A DNA stretch of 64,000 bases from Alphaproteobacteria bacterium (GCA_031549385.1 JAVBPW010000005.1:32001-96000), one strand, 5' to 3'. Positions 38,757 through 50,305 are shown, counted from the first letter of the stretch. Numbers and translations: made by a program. Notes: generated by a model not told the origin, from the sequence alone.

Positions 38757-41630
38757 TTAAAATCTATATCCTAGGTCTATTCTGAATTCTTGAGATTCAT
38801 AGTTCTCTCTTACATCCATTTCAAATCCTAATCCTACTGTCGAACCGTTCTTTGTTACATAGTTTATCTTTGCTCCAAATCTTTGTGTTAAATCTCCTAA
38901 GTCATAATAATTTTCCATCATTACTATTCCTGTTTGTTGAGATACTTCAAATGTCTTTTCTAAATTATCTGACAATTCATATCCAATTTCATAGAACAAT
39001 GTTGGTAAGATTTTTGCATTGTTGCCTAGTTTAAATGCATACTTTAAATCTCCACCTAATGATAATACATTAGATACTGATGTTTCTTTTTCTATGTTTG
39101 TATAAGCATAATCATACTTTCCATACAAATCAAAGATAAAGTTTTGAACCATGAACATTCTTCCAACGATACCTTCTGCTGATAATACATAACCAGATTG
39201 ATCAGGTGTTTGAGTTAATGTATAAATGTCTGTATCAATTTTAGAATTTAAGTATCCAAAATTACCTAATGCAAACCATTTACCGTATGAGTATCCACCA
39301 TAGATATTTCCACCAACTGTTTTAGATGATGATTTATAGTCTACTGATTTTCCATCATCACCTGAATATGATAATGCAACTCCGAGTACTGCACGTCCTA
39401 CTTGTCTGTCATAACCTAATACAAATCCTTGGTAATCATTTGTGAATTTGCTTACGTTACCTTGAGCAGCATATTCTTCAGATCCATTATAGTATTGTAA
39501 CCAAAAACCATTCTTTTTGTTCTTATATGCATCGTTTAAATACGCATCATAAGTAATGTTTCTTGAGTTTTGAGCATAAGCTAATCTTAAGTCTTTTTTA
39601 AGATTGTTTGCTACAAGGTCTGTCATTTGGTTTTCGAAAATAACTCTTCCTACTCTTCTTGCACCTGCTAAACCAGATGAAGACATAGATGATGAATTGA
39701 TTTTATCTACTTCTCCTGATGGTGCTGGTGGAACATCTGGTAAATTAACAGCATCTAACCATAATTCTTTATTTCCATTTTCATATCTTAATGTATAATA
39801 TGACATATCAAGTATTACTCCGTTATTATATAAAGAAATGTAATTTCCAAATACTTGAGTATTAGAAGAGGCTAATAAATAAGATCCATCTTCCATATAC
39901 CAGTTATTTAAAGTTAAGTTAAGTTTAATATTTCCATAAGTAGAATCTCCTAATGTTAAATCACCTATATTAGAAATAATTTTTGCATGATCCATATCAA
40001 CACTTGTATAACTTAAATTAAGTTGAGTGTCTCCACCTTTATTAGAGTATTTAATACCGTTAGCTCCATTTGCTGCATTAAATTTAGTTAACATAGCTTG
40101 AGTTGCTGTCATATTAGAAAATACCCAACCTCCATCTGAATGAATAGCTCCTGTTAAAGTTCCATTTCCTTGATAATTAATACTGTTAGCTGTATTTAAA
40201 TTATAAATAGAGTGTTCACTTCCTGAAATTGTTCCAGTTGCATTATTAACAATTGCTCCTGCAAAAATAGCGCTTGCATCAAAATATATAGCTTTTTTAA
40301 ATCCTATAATATCTTTATTGTTTATAATATTTCCGTTCATAACAGGTGCAGGTTTTGTAATTTCAGTTTGCATATATATTGCATAAAGTTCATCACTTTT
40401 TATAATCCCTGAATTTAAAATACTTCCATTTATTGTAGTTTCTCCCATAATATAAATTCCATAGTTTTTAGCAGAAATTACACCTGAGTTGTTATTGATA
40501 ATGTTAAAATCATTTGCTATTACTTTAACTCTGCTAAAATAAATTCCAACTCCTTCACCTCCTCCAATACCAGTACCTGTACCAATTATTGTTCCACTGT
40601 TTTCAAAATTTCCTGATATAGCTCCGTAATTATTTGTTACAACAATGCCATTCGGTCCTGAAATTAAGGCATTTTGTGCATTTAGAATAATATAATCATT
40701 ACTAGATTTTATAAGATGATCCATTGAAATTCCAGTACTTCCTAAAGTAGTTATAGTACCGTAATTTATTATACTTCCTGCAACATTATAGATGGAAACA
40801 CCATGTCCTCTTCCTGTGTTAGAAATTATAGCTTTTGTATTATCAGATAAACCATTTGCGCTTCCATTAACTATATTAACATTAGAAAGAATTGAAAAGG
40901 AAGCAATATCAATTCCAGATGTGTAATCTGCCTCAATTTTAGCATAATTATATATATTTGTATTAGCTTTAGTTAATGCAATACCAGTACTTCCATAAAT
41001 TAAAATATTAGAATTATCAATAGAATTATCAGCTGTTCCATTAATTATATCTCCTTCAAAAAAAGTGTCCGCATAAGATCCGCTTCCTCCAATTGCAATA
41101 TGAGATATGTTTGAAACTGTATTATTACCTCTTATAATTCCATAATTTTTAATATCACCATAATAAGTACCACCAATTAAAATTGCTGCGTGAGAGAGGT
41201 TTGTCATTGCTCCTGTTATGGTTCCATAATTAATAATATTGCCATTTAAAACACTCCCTGTTCCAATATTTATTGAATATGTTCCACTAGCTAAAATACC
41301 GTTTAAATTATTTACAATATTAATATAATTAGTTCCTGAAAAATTTATGCCATAACCAAAAAAAGACGAATTTTTAATTTCATTGTTTATTTCTAATTTA
41401 GCATAGGAACTTGATAAACCAACTCCGTTTAAATTTATAAGTCCACTGTTAATACTAAGAATGTAATCATTAGCACTTGTGCAATTATATCCGTCGGCAC
41501 ATGTAAAATACCCACCTGTTGTCATTCCTGTATTATTTGTACCTGTCCAAGTTAGTTGAGCTTGGGAGTTTGTTGTTAAAAGCAATGATGAAATTGCTGT
41601 TAAATTGTATATTATCTTCTTGAATTTCAT
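38757..41630 (-). CDS. Autotransporter with Asn/Gly-rich beta-helical passenger
   Basis: Signal peptide, repeated I.N.GTI.G units, Pro-rich linker, beta-barrel ending in GYRF. Confidence 0.88.
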   Translation of the reverse strand: MKFKKIIYNLTAISSLLLTTNSQAQLTWTGTNNTGMTTGGYFTCADGYNCTSANDYILSINSGLINLNGVGLSSSYAKLEINNEIKNSSFFGYGINFSGTNYINIVNNLNGILASGTYSINIGTGSVLNGNIINYGTITGAMTNLSHAAILIGGTYYGDIKNYGIIRGNNTVSNISHIAIGGSGSYADTFFEGDIINGTADNSIDNSNILIYGSTGIALTKANTNIYNYAKIEADYTSGIDIASFSILSNVNIVNGSANGLSDNTKAIISNTGRGHGVSIYNVAGSIINYGTITTLGSTGISMDHLIKSSNDYIILNAQNALISGPNGIVVTNNYGAISGNFENSGTIIGTGTGIGGGEGVGIYFSRVKVIANDFNIINNNSGVISAKNYGIYIMGETTINGSILNSGIIKSDELYAIYMQTEITKPAPVMNGNIINNKDIIGFKKAIYFDASAIFAGAIVNNATGTISGSEHSIYNLNTANSINYQGNGTLTGAIHSDGGWVFSNMTATQAMLTKFNAANGANGIKYSNKGGDTQLNLSYTSVDMDHAKIISNIGDLTLGDSTYGNIKLNLTLNNWYMEDGSYLLASSNTQVFGNYISLYNNGVILDMSYYTLRYENGNKELWLDAVNLPDVPPAPSGEVDKINSSSMSSSGLAGARRVGRVIFENQMTDLVANNLKKDLRLAYAQNSRNITYDAYLNDAYKNKKNGFWLQYYNGSEEYAAQGNVSKFTNDYQGFVLGYDRQVGRAVLGVALSYSGDDGKSVDYKSSSKTVGGNIYGGYSYGKWFALGNFGYLNSKIDTDIYTLTQTPDQSGYVLSAEGIVGRMFMVQNFIFDLYGKYDYAYTNIEKETSVSNVLSLGGDLKYAFKLGNNAKILPTLFYEIGYELSDNLEKTFEVSQQTGIVMMENYYDLGDLTQRFGAKINYVTKNGSTVGLGFEMDVRENYESQEFRIDLGYRF

Positions 41631-41850
41631 ATAAAAATCTCCTTTAAATAGAATCGTTTACAGAATCTATTATATCATAAAAGAAAATTATTTGATAGTT
41701 ATATAATTATCAAATTATTATTTAATTCAAAAAATATAATATTTTCAATGGAAGAAAATGTTTTTTTTATTTTGCCTTTTGTATTGAAATTTTTATTGCT
41801 GTTACTACATAAAGCTAAAGAATAAATAATTAAACTTAAAAATTAAATGT

Positions 41851-42102
41851 ATGACTTTTGTAATATTTTATAGCGGTGATGAAATAGCTGTGTTATATCC
41901 ATCATTTCAAAAAACAGAATTAGGTTGGGAACATAAATTTTATTCTCCAACTTATTTTATGGCTATTAGAAAATTCATTGTAGCACTTATAGCAGTGTTA
42001 ACAGATTTTAACCACAGTATAAAACCAGTTAAAATGTCCTTATTTAGAGAAGATAATGGAAATAGAGAAATCGTAAATGAAATTGTTATTCCTTCTGAGT
42101 AG
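41851..42102 (+). CDS. Small orphan protein (solo-cassette type)
   Basis: 83 aa, ACTTAAAAAT 7 nt before ATG, followed by hairpin GAGTCCAGA-GAAA-TCTGGGCTC and a T run. Confidence 0.55.
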   Translation: MTFVIFYSGDEIAVLYPSFQKTELGWEHKFYSPTYFMAIRKFIVALIAVLTDFNHSIKPVKMSLFREDNGNREIVNEIVIPSE

Positions 42103-42225
42103 TGTGTGGAAAAAGTAGAGGTTAGTGTAAAGTTGGGAGTCCAGAGAAATCTGGGCTCTTTTTTATTCTATTTTTTACTTTATTTTAATAAATATATTAT
42201 TATAATCTTGGTTTAAGGGGAGAAA

Positions 42226-43710
42226 ATGAGGGAAATCCGCAATAAAGGTGCTGTTTTATTAGAAGTTTTATTTGTGCTTGCTGTTATGGTGCTTGCACTT
42301 CCTATTGTTGCATCTCAACGTTTTAAAATTAGTGAAGAAAATAAAATCCAAACTGTTGCTCATAAAATGAAATTATTATCTCTTGCTACTTCAAATTATC
42401 TTCAAGGCATTCCTGATGATTTAGAAGATGGGCTTAATGTTATTCAAGGTGAAGATATTTTAACTCGATTAGTTCCTTATGGATTGCCTTCTAATTTTAC
42501 TGATACTGATGCCTTTAAACAATCTTATCAAGTTCAAATAGATAAAACTGTTGATGAAACTTCTGTTAGCTTTAATGCTATTATTTTAGTTTATTCTGAT
42601 ACTAATAAGTTATCTATGCTAATAAGAAAAAAACTTGTTTCGTATCTTGGTGTGCTTGGTGGAATGAAAGAAGAAGACGGAACTATTGTTTCTGGTGCTG
42701 GACCTTGGGATGAAAAAGAATTTAATTGGAATTATTCTTTGCCTGATGATGCTATTATTGTACGTGTTAGGATTTTGAATTTCTTTAATAACTATGTTTC
42801 AAGATCAAAAACTGATAGTATTGCATCGTCTAATACTATGCTTGCTGATCTTTATATGGGGTATCATGATATTACTATGATTAATGCTTTTAGTGCTGAT
42901 AAAGTTGAAACTTTCTCCGTTTCTGGTGTTGGTAGTATGATTGTTAATGGTTTCTTTGGAATTGAAGACGAATCTAATCATTCTTCTGACTTTATAGATA
43001 AGTTGGAAGATAAATTGAAAAATGCAAAATTTGAAAATGTTATTGTGGAACAATTTGCAGGGCAACTTGCAAGTACTCAACCAGAAAAAGCTTTAGTTAT
43101 AGATAGTGAATTGAATGTTGAAAATATTTTGAAGTTTAATAAAAATGGTCCTGAAATTGATAATACTTTTTCTATTGGAACTATTAGAACTAAAAGTCTT
43201 TCTGGAGTTAAACATTTAAATTATGAAGGTAAGAAGGTCGCTGATCAACCTGCTGGGACTAAATCTGTTACTTTTGGAGTTGATCCAGTTTATAATAATG
43301 CTTCTGAAAATGTTGTTGTAAATAGAATGTATATTCTTGGGCTTTATCCTTCTGAAAAAGTATGGCCTGCAAGTATGTCTGTTATTGAAAATGATAGTGT
43401 TTATGTTTCTATTTCTAATTTTGATGTAAATGGTAATACTTCTATTTATTATAATGTATATCTTGAAAACGTTCTTAATCCAAATCCTAATTTGGTTATA
43501 CAAAATATTAATACAGATTATGTGCAATTTGATATTGATCCTGCTAAAAGAGCTTTTGAAAAATATAGAATTGACTTAATTGGAAGTAGTAGTAGGGTTT
43601 GGGATGTTAATTTAGGTGGACGTTATATTACAGATAGACTTTTAGAAATATCAGGACATTTGGAAACTATATTTAAAAAATATAGAGAAGAATTAGATAA
43701 GGGATATTAA
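42226..43710 (+). CDS. PilV-like type IV minor pilin/adhesin (paralog 1)
   Basis: Class III signal KG|AVLLEVL, YGLPSNF..TDAF.QSY, GG....G.I.SG.G.W, NTMLADLYMG. Confidence 0.75.
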   Translation: MREIRNKGAVLLEVLFVLAVMVLALPIVASQRFKISEENKIQTVAHKMKLLSLATSNYLQGIPDDLEDGLNVIQGEDILTRLVPYGLPSNFTDTDAFKQSYQVQIDKTVDETSVSFNAIILVYSDTNKLSMLIRKKLVSYLGVLGGMKEEDGTIVSGAGPWDEKEFNWNYSLPDDAIIVRVRILNFFNNYVSRSKTDSIASSNTMLADLYMGYHDITMINAFSADKVETFSVSGVGSMIVNGFFGIEDESNHSSDFIDKLEDKLKNAKFENVIVEQFAGQLASTQPEKALVIDSELNVENILKFNKNGPEIDNTFSIGTIRTKSLSGVKHLNYEGKKVADQPAGTKSVTFGVDPVYNNASENVVVNRMYILGLYPSEKVWPASMSVIENDSVYVSISNFDVNGNTSIYYNVYLENVLNPNPNLVIQNINTDYVQFDIDPAKRAFEKYRIDLIGSSSRVWDVNLGGRYITDRLLEISGHLETIFKKYREELDKGY

Positions 43711-43713
43711 TTT

Positions 43714-45195
43714 ATGAAAATTATGAATAAAAGAATTGCAGGTATGAGTATAATGGAAGTGATGATGGCACTTGCTATTATGCTTATGCTTTTACCTTTT
43801 GTTTATAAACAAGTTACTAAACAAACTTATGATGCACAAAATGTGGTTATTGCTAATACTATTAATGATGTTGCAAATGTTTCAGAAAACTATATTAAAG
43901 TTAATGAAAAAGGTTGGAAGGGTGATTATGAAGAAATGTTAGATGGGTATTATTTACTTACTAAGATGCAAGATTATGGTTTGAAGTTACCTATACCTCT
44001 TTATCCTAATTATTTTTATAATATATATTTGATGGTTTCAAAAAAGGAAAAAGAAATTAGTACTGATAAAATTGAAACATTTAATCAGGTTCAAGCTTAT
44101 TTAATATATGAATTAACTTTAGAAATGGATGATGTTAGAGCCTGGAAAATTGTTTCTTCTATTGGAGAAAAGGCTGGATTTCTTAATGAAGGTTTATTAG
44201 AAGGATTCCAAGGGTCTTGGCAGATTTCAGGTTTTGAATCTCCTGCAAAAAGAGCTATTGTTATTAGACTTTCTTATTTAAATCCTTTTAAAGAAAAGAA
44301 AAAACATCTTTATGCTAATGTTATTGGGGGTTATGTGTCAGAAGATCAACCTGTGGATACTTCTTTTAATACTATGGAAGCTGATTTGTATTTAGGAACT
44401 TATGAAAATAAATTTAATATAGACGGTGTTAGAACAGCTTATTCAAGTATCTTGAAGTTTGATACTATGTATGTTTCAAATTTAGCTTTTGATGAAAATA
44501 TCTCTGGATTACAATTTTCTGCTAAAAATGCAAAATTTGATAATGGACTTCGTGTTGGTAATTTAACTTTAAATAAATTTGAAACTGAAAAGAATATTTA
44601 TGGGGATATTAATGACATTAATGTTAAAGAACTTAAGGTGGAACAAATTAGTGTTGGGAACTTTATATTAGAGCGAGGGTTATCTATAGGTTCTTATATA
44701 CATTCATTCTCTCTTGAATTAGATAATGATATGTATGTTTATAGTAATCCACTTAATTATCTTTATTCATGTAACTTTAGAATTAGTAAATCTTTATATT
44801 TTAATGCTCAAATGTATATACAACGATTAAATATTGTTTCTGCATTAGACCAAGAAAATAAATGTACTGTGCAACGAGATGCAAATGGTAATGTTGTGTT
44901 TTTAGATGAAGCAGGGAATCCTATTGATGTTACAAGCCAAGAGTATCTTGATAACCCTGTGGATTTATATGCTGTTTGTACTGAACCTGCTGATTCTAGT
45001 GATTTAGCAGGCCAGGGGGCTGAAAAATTTGCTAAATTTACTTATTTACCAAGTAATCCTATTACAGGACATTCTTCACCTTTAATTGTTGATAAACCTT
45101 TTGTTGATGGAAAAGAAGTTTTAAATTTAAAAACTGATAATCTTTATCTTAAAGATGTTGATGTTAATACTATGTTGAATAATTTATTGAATTGA
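43714..45195 (+). CDS. PilV-like type IV minor pilin/adhesin (paralog 2)
   Basis: AG|MSIMEVM, DYGL, IGEKAGF..EG...G..GSW, NTMEADLYLG. Confidence 0.72.
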   Translation: MKIMNKRIAGMSIMEVMMALAIMLMLLPFVYKQVTKQTYDAQNVVIANTINDVANVSENYIKVNEKGWKGDYEEMLDGYYLLTKMQDYGLKLPIPLYPNYFYNIYLMVSKKEKEISTDKIETFNQVQAYLIYELTLEMDDVRAWKIVSSIGEKAGFLNEGLLEGFQGSWQISGFESPAKRAIVIRLSYLNPFKEKKKHLYANVIGGYVSEDQPVDTSFNTMEADLYLGTYENKFNIDGVRTAYSSILKFDTMYVSNLAFDENISGLQFSAKNAKFDNGLRVGNLTLNKFETEKNIYGDINDINVKELKVEQISVGNFILERGLSIGSYIHSFSLELDNDMYVYSNPLNYLYSCNFRISKSLYFNAQMYIQRLNIVSALDQENKCTVQRDANGNVVFLDEAGNPIDVTSQEYLDNPVDLYAVCTEPADSSDLAGQGAEKFAKFTYLPSNPITGHSSPLIVDKPFVDGKEVLNLKTDNLYLKDVDVNTMLNNLLN

Positions 45196-45203
45196 GGTTG
45201 AAT

Positions 45204-46658
45204 ATGAAAACGTTAAAACGACTTTATGGTGGAATGCTTTTAGAAATGCTCTTAATGATCGTTGTTTTGGGTTCTATTTTGCCTTTTATATATCGTCAAA
45301 ATATTGCTAAGAATGAAAATATTGAAAACGCTGCTGTGGCTTCTGATTTAGTTAGAATTAAATTGGCTGTTGAAAATTATATCTCTCTAATAGACCCTCA
45401 TCAGATGACAGATGGACAGGTTAGAGATGTTGATATTCCAACTCTTTATGATTATGGTCTTCCATCTTCTATATCAAGAGTTAATAAATATGACCAACCT
45501 TATTATATAAAAATTAAAAAAGTTACTAATCCTAAGGGAGATAGTTATATTTATGGATTTGCCTATGTGCTTAGAAAAGCTAAGAGTACGGTGTTGAAAA
45601 GTTTTGATGTGTTGAAATTTACTGGTCCTTCTGGTGGAGTGTTGGAAGATGGATTTATTGTAGGAGCAGGCGGTGCTTGGATGGAAAACCCTGTTTCATG
45701 GGGAATTCCAGAGTCTTTACATGGAGCGGTATTTATTAGAATTTCACCAGCTGTTGAAAATCAGATTTATATTGTGCGTAATGGAAATGTGTCTGAAAGG
45801 ACTATGATGACTGATTTAGTATTACTTTATAAAGATATTAAAGATGCTAATCTTATTAACGGTTCAGTTTTGAATACTCCAATATTAAAATTCAAAGGTC
45901 CTGTTAGTGAAAAAGAATATAATATTGATAGTTTGCTTTTAGAAGGTATTTCATCAGATGATATTAATATTAGAGCTTATATAGAAAATATGACTGCAAC
46001 TAATTTAGTAGTTAATGGGAATATTTATCTTAATGGTGCTGGAAATTTTGGTGGGAATACTATTGAAGCTAAAATTTTAGAAAATGTTGGATCTATTAAT
46101 ATTTCTTCTTTAATGGATAATGAAGGTTTGTGGATTTATGCTGATAAACTTGATTGTATTGAAAGATATAATAGAAGCTATAACAATGGTTTAAAGAGTT
46201 ATATAACATCAGCTTCAGCTTATTTTTATAATAAAAATGTTAAAATAGAAGAACTTAATACATATTTGTTTTCTTACACATTTGATCCTGATAATTCACC
46301 ATATTCTATGGAATCTATTGATAATACAAATGGGAATATGGTTACTATGAGCAATACAAAACTTAGAGATATTACATTATCAAAAATTAATACATGTTTT
46401 TCTACTGATACTAATATAAGGTCTCATTGTGATATGCCTAATGATGAACAATTCAATAATTTGAAGAGAATGTTGATGTGTTGCCAAAGTTCTATGAACT
46501 ATGGAGAATGTTATGAAGCAAAGGCTGGAAATGAAAATTCTATTAAAAATGTTACTTTGGGTGAGATTTTAACTTGTCTTGAAATTCAAAAAGAGTATAA
46601 TAGTAAGTTGTGTCAGGAGATAAAAACAAAAAAAGACCCGATGTACAATTGTAACTAA
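45204..46658 (+). CDS. PilV-like type IV minor pilin/adhesin (paralog 3) with Cys-rich C-terminus
   Basis: YG|GMLLEML, DYGLPSS...VNKYDQPY, GPSGGV.EDG.IVGAGGAW, RTMMTDL. Confidence 0.72.
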   Translation: MKTLKRLYGGMLLEMLLMIVVLGSILPFIYRQNIAKNENIENAAVASDLVRIKLAVENYISLIDPHQMTDGQVRDVDIPTLYDYGLPSSISRVNKYDQPYYIKIKKVTNPKGDSYIYGFAYVLRKAKSTVLKSFDVLKFTGPSGGVLEDGFIVGAGGAWMENPVSWGIPESLHGAVFIRISPAVENQIYIVRNGNVSERTMMTDLVLLYKDIKDANLINGSVLNTPILKFKGPVSEKEYNIDSLLLEGISSDDINIRAYIENMTATNLVVNGNIYLNGAGNFGGNTIEAKILENVGSINISSLMDNEGLWIYADKLDCIERYNRSYNNGLKSYITSASAYFYNKNVKIEELNTYLFSYTFDPDNSPYSMESIDNTNGNMVTMSNTKLRDITLSKINTCFSTDTNIRSHCDMPNDEQFNNLKRMLMCCQSSMNYGECYEAKAGNENSIKNVTLGEILTCLEIQKEYNSKLCQEIKTKKDPMYNCN

Positions 46659-46659
46659 A

Positions 46660-47376
46660 ATGAACCAAATAATTGATAGTGCATTATTGCTGAGAAAGGA
46701 AAATTTTTGCGAACATCATTTGTTGGCATATTTCTTTTCACAATCTCATGGGCTTGTAAAAGGTATTTTACAATATGGAGCAAATGGAAAAAATTCTGCT
46801 GATTTACAAAATTTTAATCTGTTTGAAATTCATTGGAAAGGTAAAAATGAGGATTTAGGTAAGTTGAAAGTTGGACTTGCTAGGAGTAATCAATCTAAAT
46901 TCTTGTTTTGTAAAGAACGTCTTTATATTGTTAATCTTATTAATAATCTTTTACTTGATCTTATTTGTGAGCGAGAAAATAATAGTGAAGTTTATTCTTG
47001 TACTATTAAATTTTTAGATACTTTATCTGCAAATAAAAAAGAAAATCTGAAAAATTACTATATTTATGAGGCTAATTTATTGAATCACCTTGGTTTTTCA
47101 TATGATCTTTCAAGATGTGCTTTGACAGGTTCATGTTCTGGGCTTTATTATGTATCGCCTAATACTGGGGCAGCATGCACTAAAGAAGCAGGAGATGTTA
47201 TGAAGGAAAAACTTTTTGTTCTTCCTCAGTTTTTTGTTGGGCAAGAAGATGACTTGGATCAAGACTTAAAAAATGCCGATAAACTTAATTTTTACTTTCT
47301 ACAGAAAAATTTTCACACTTTGTCAAGCGGGTTTTTGAAAAATAGATCTAATCTTTTGAAAACTTTTGGATTGTAA
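46660..47376 (+). CDS. recO: DNA repair protein RecO
   Basis: HGLVKG, LGFSYDLSRCALTG...LYYVSPNTGAA (alphaproteobacterial type); upstream of parC. Confidence 0.92.
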   Translation: MNQIIDSALLLRKENFCEHHLLAYFFSQSHGLVKGILQYGANGKNSADLQNFNLFEIHWKGKNEDLGKLKVGLARSNQSKFLFCKERLYIVNLINNLLLDLICERENNSEVYSCTIKFLDTLSANKKENLKNYYIYEANLLNHLGFSYDLSRCALTGSCSGLYYVSPNTGAACTKEAGDVMKEKLFVLPQFFVGQEDDLDQDLKNADKLNFYFLQKNFHTLSSGFLKNRSNLLKTFGL

Positions 47377-47424
47377 TTTATTTTTAAATTAGTAAAATGT
47401 CCTAGTAAATAATTAGGATAGAAA

Positions 47425-49650
47425 ATGTCAGAACAAAACAAATTAGATATAAAAGAAGAACAATTATTAGATGCATTATCTAAAAGATATTTAGATTATG
47501 CTATTTCGACTATTGTAGATCGTGCTTTACCTGATGTGCGTGATGGTTTAAAGCCTGTGCACCGAAGACTTTTATATGCTATGAGAGTTCTTAGACTTAA
47601 TCCTAAAACTGCTTTTAAAAAGTGTGCCAGAGTTGTTGGTGATGTTATTGGTAAATATCATCCTCATGGGGATGTTGCTGTTTATGAAGCTATGGTACGT
47701 TTAGCGCAAAATTTCTCTGTAAGATATCCTCTTGTTGATGGACAAGGTAATTTTGGAAATATCGATGGAGATAGTGCTGCTGCTATGCGATATACAGAAG
47801 CACGTCTTACTGAAGCTGGCGAAGTTTTAATGAGAGATTTGGATAAAGATACTGTGGACTTTATCGATAATTATGATGGTTCAGAAGAAGAGCCTGTTGT
47901 AATGCCTGCTGCTTTTCCTAATTTGTTGGCTAATGGTGCTATGGGGATTGCTGTGGGGATGGCGACTAATATTCCTCCACATAATGTAGATGAATTATGT
48001 ACCGCTCTTACACATTTGATTAAAAATCCAGATATGACTGTTGCTAAATTGGTTGATTACGTTAAAGGTCCTGATTTTCCAACTGGTGGAACTGTTATTG
48101 ATAAAAAAGCTCATATCGTTAATATATATGAAAAAGGAATGGGTGCTTTTACTATTAGAGCTAAATGGGAAAAAGAAGAACTTTCTTATGGAAATTATCA
48201 AATTGTTATAACTGAAATTCCTTATGGAGTTGTTAAATCTAAATTAATTGAAAAAATTGCAGATTTGATGGAGCAAAAAAAACTTCCGTTCATCAATGAC
48301 ATTAGAGATGAATCTGCTGAAGATGTAAGAATTGTTATTGAACCTAAAAATAGAACTATTGAAGTTGATATTTTAATGGCTCATTTGTTTAAAACTACTG
48401 ATTTAGAATCTAAGTTTAATATGAATATGAATGTTCTTGATGCACAATCTGTTCCTCGTGTTATGAACTTAAAAGAAGTATTAGTTGAATTTTTAGCTCA
48501 CAGACGTATTGTTTTGACAAGAAAATCTAATTTCAGATTGAAAAATATTGAAAATAGACTTGAAGTGTTAGATGGGTTCTTAAAGGCTTATCTTAATTTA
48601 GATAGAGTTATTGCTATTATCAGGGAGAATGATGAACCTAAACCACTTCTTATAAAAGAATTTGAATTAACTGATACTCAAGCTGATGCTATACTTGATA
48701 TGAAGTTGCGTTCTCTTCGTAAATTGGAAGAAATGGAACTTAAAAATGAACATGCTAAACTTTCTAAAGAAAGAAAAGAACTTTTGGAATTACTTGGTTC
48801 TGATTTGAAAATAGATGAAGCATTAATTGCTGAATTTGATGAAATCAAAGAAATTATGGGAAAGAAAACTAAGTTTGGAAAAAGAAGAACTCAGTTGCAA
48901 GAAGCAGATACAGATATTGTTATCGATGAAAATGCTTTTATTGAAAAAGAGCCTATTACAGTTTTACTTTCAAAGCGAAATTGGATAAGGGCAGTTAAAG
49001 GCCATCAAGATTTGAATGAAAAATTTCCTGCTAAAGAAGGTGATGAAAATAAATTTGCTTTCCATGTTATGACTAATGAAAAGATTTTAATTGCTGCTAA
49101 TAATGGTAAGTTTTATACAATTGGAGCAGATAAAATTAGTCGAGGTAAGGGATTTGGAGAGCCTATTTCATTATTGATAGATATTGAAGATGGTGTGGAA
49201 ATTCTTGATGCATTCAAATATGAAGAAGGTCAAAAATTATTGCTTGTTAATGATAACGGTGTTGGTTTTGTGACTAATACAGATAATGTCTTGGCTGTTA
49301 CAAAAACAGGGCGTATTGTATTTAACCTAAACATATCAGAAAAATTAGAAAAAATATTTAAAATTACTGATGGCGATGATAAAGTTGCTATTATTAGTGA
49401 TGATAGAAAACTTTTAATCTTTAATTTAGAAGAAATACCAGAACTTTCAAAAGGAAAGGGTGTTATCTTACAAAAATATCGTGAAAATAAAATGTCAGAT
49501 GTGATTACTTTTAACAGTAAAGAAGGGTTATACTGGATTACTGGAAGAGGAAAGACTGTGGTTGATAATTATGTACTTTGGGAAAGTAAACGTGCTAACC
49601 AAGGGTATTTTGCGATGCCAAATTTTCCAAAATCCAATAAGTTTATCTAA
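47425..49650 (+). CDS. parC: DNA topoisomerase IV subunit A
   Basis: [45 protein letters not shown], 741 aa with no GyrA-box evident. Confidence 0.95.
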   Translation: MSEQNKLDIKEEQLLDALSKRYLDYAISTIVDRALPDVRDGLKPVHRRLLYAMRVLRLNPKTAFKKCARVVGDVIGKYHPHGDVAVYEAMVRLAQNFSVRYPLVDGQGNFGNIDGDSAAAMRYTEARLTEAGEVLMRDLDKDTVDFIDNYDGSEEEPVVMPAAFPNLLANGAMGIAVGMATNIPPHNVDELCTALTHLIKNPDMTVAKLVDYVKGPDFPTGGTVIDKKAHIVNIYEKGMGAFTIRAKWEKEELSYGNYQIVITEIPYGVVKSKLIEKIADLMEQKKLPFINDIRDESAEDVRIVIEPKNRTIEVDILMAHLFKTTDLESKFNMNMNVLDAQSVPRVMNLKEVLVEFLAHRRIVLTRKSNFRLKNIENRLEVLDGFLKAYLNLDRVIAIIRENDEPKPLLIKEFELTDTQADAILDMKLRSLRKLEEMELKNEHAKLSKERKELLELLGSDLKIDEALIAEFDEIKEIMGKKTKFGKRRTQLQEADTDIVIDENAFIEKEPITVLLSKRNWIRAVKGHQDLNEKFPAKEGDENKFAFHVMTNEKILIAANNGKFYTIGADKISRGKGFGEPISLLIDIEDGVEILDAFKYEEGQKLLLVNDNGVGFVTNTDNVLAVTKTGRIVFNLNISEKLEKIFKITDGDDKVAIISDDRKLLIFNLEEIPELSKGKGVILQKYRENKMSDVITFNSKEGLYWITGRGKTVVDNYVLWESKRANQGYFAMPNFPKSNKFI

Positions 49651-49769
49651 TTTGCTGCAAGCCAAAAGGATTCAAAATTTTAAGACACATCACGTATTTT
49701 AATACACTCAGGTCTAAAATTTTAAATACTTTCGTTTTCACTAAACTATCTAAACTTGTTTAAAATTTG

Positions 49770-50093
49770 TTATATTTTTAAAGACATGATGTCGATTTTG
49801 TCTTTTAAATTTTGAATTTTTTCATTTAAATTTTCTACTTCCCTTGGGTCGAGTTGTGGAGCAGTTGGTTCTGATGGTTTGATTTGTTCTTTTGCTGCTG
49901 TTAGTTCGTCTGATAATACTATTGACAACATCACAAGTAACATTTCATGAGTTATATTTCCATGAAAAGCTTGGAAAATTTCAGCTTCTTTTTTAGAAAT
50001 TAAAGATTGTAATTGCATTAATCTTTCTTCTTGGCCTTCTTTGCAAGATATTGGATATGTCTTTGAATTTATTTGAAAATTTACTTGTGGCAT
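49770..50093 (-). CDS. zapA: Cell division protein ZapA
   Basis: IN.K.Y.ISC.EGQE.RL, LLVM.S....DEL. Confidence 0.9.
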   Translation of the reverse strand: MPQVNFQINSKTYPISCKEGQEERLMQLQSLISKKEAEIFQAFHGNITHEMLLVMLSIVLSDELTAAKEQIKPSEPTAPQLDPREVENLNEKIQNLKDKIDIMSLKI

Positions 50094-50095
50094 GA

Positions 50096-50305
50096 TTAAA
50101 ATCCTCTTTCTAATTCTTCTATCTTTGATAAAAGGGAATTGATTATTATTAATGCTTTAGCTTTGCTTCTTTTGAAGTTTTGAATTTGTTCTTTAATTTC
50201 ATCATAATCAGATGTGTCTTCTTTTGGTTTTAAAGAAATTTTTCTTTCAAGTTGTGATAATGAATTTTCAAGAAGTTGTAATGATTGATTTAATTCTTCT
50301 AACAT
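50096..50305 (-). CDS. Short coiled-coil protein upstream of zapA (ZauP/ZapB-like)
   Basis: 69 aa heptad pattern; synteny with zapA. Confidence 0.55.
   Translation of the reverse strand: MLEELNQSLQLLENSLSQLERKISLKPKEDTSDYDEIKEQIQNFKRSKAKALIIINSLLSKIEELERGF

Noticed and set aside
42226-46658. Active shufflon
   Set aside because: No Rci-like recombinase, no inverted partial C-terminal cassettes and no repeated sfx-like sites were seen.
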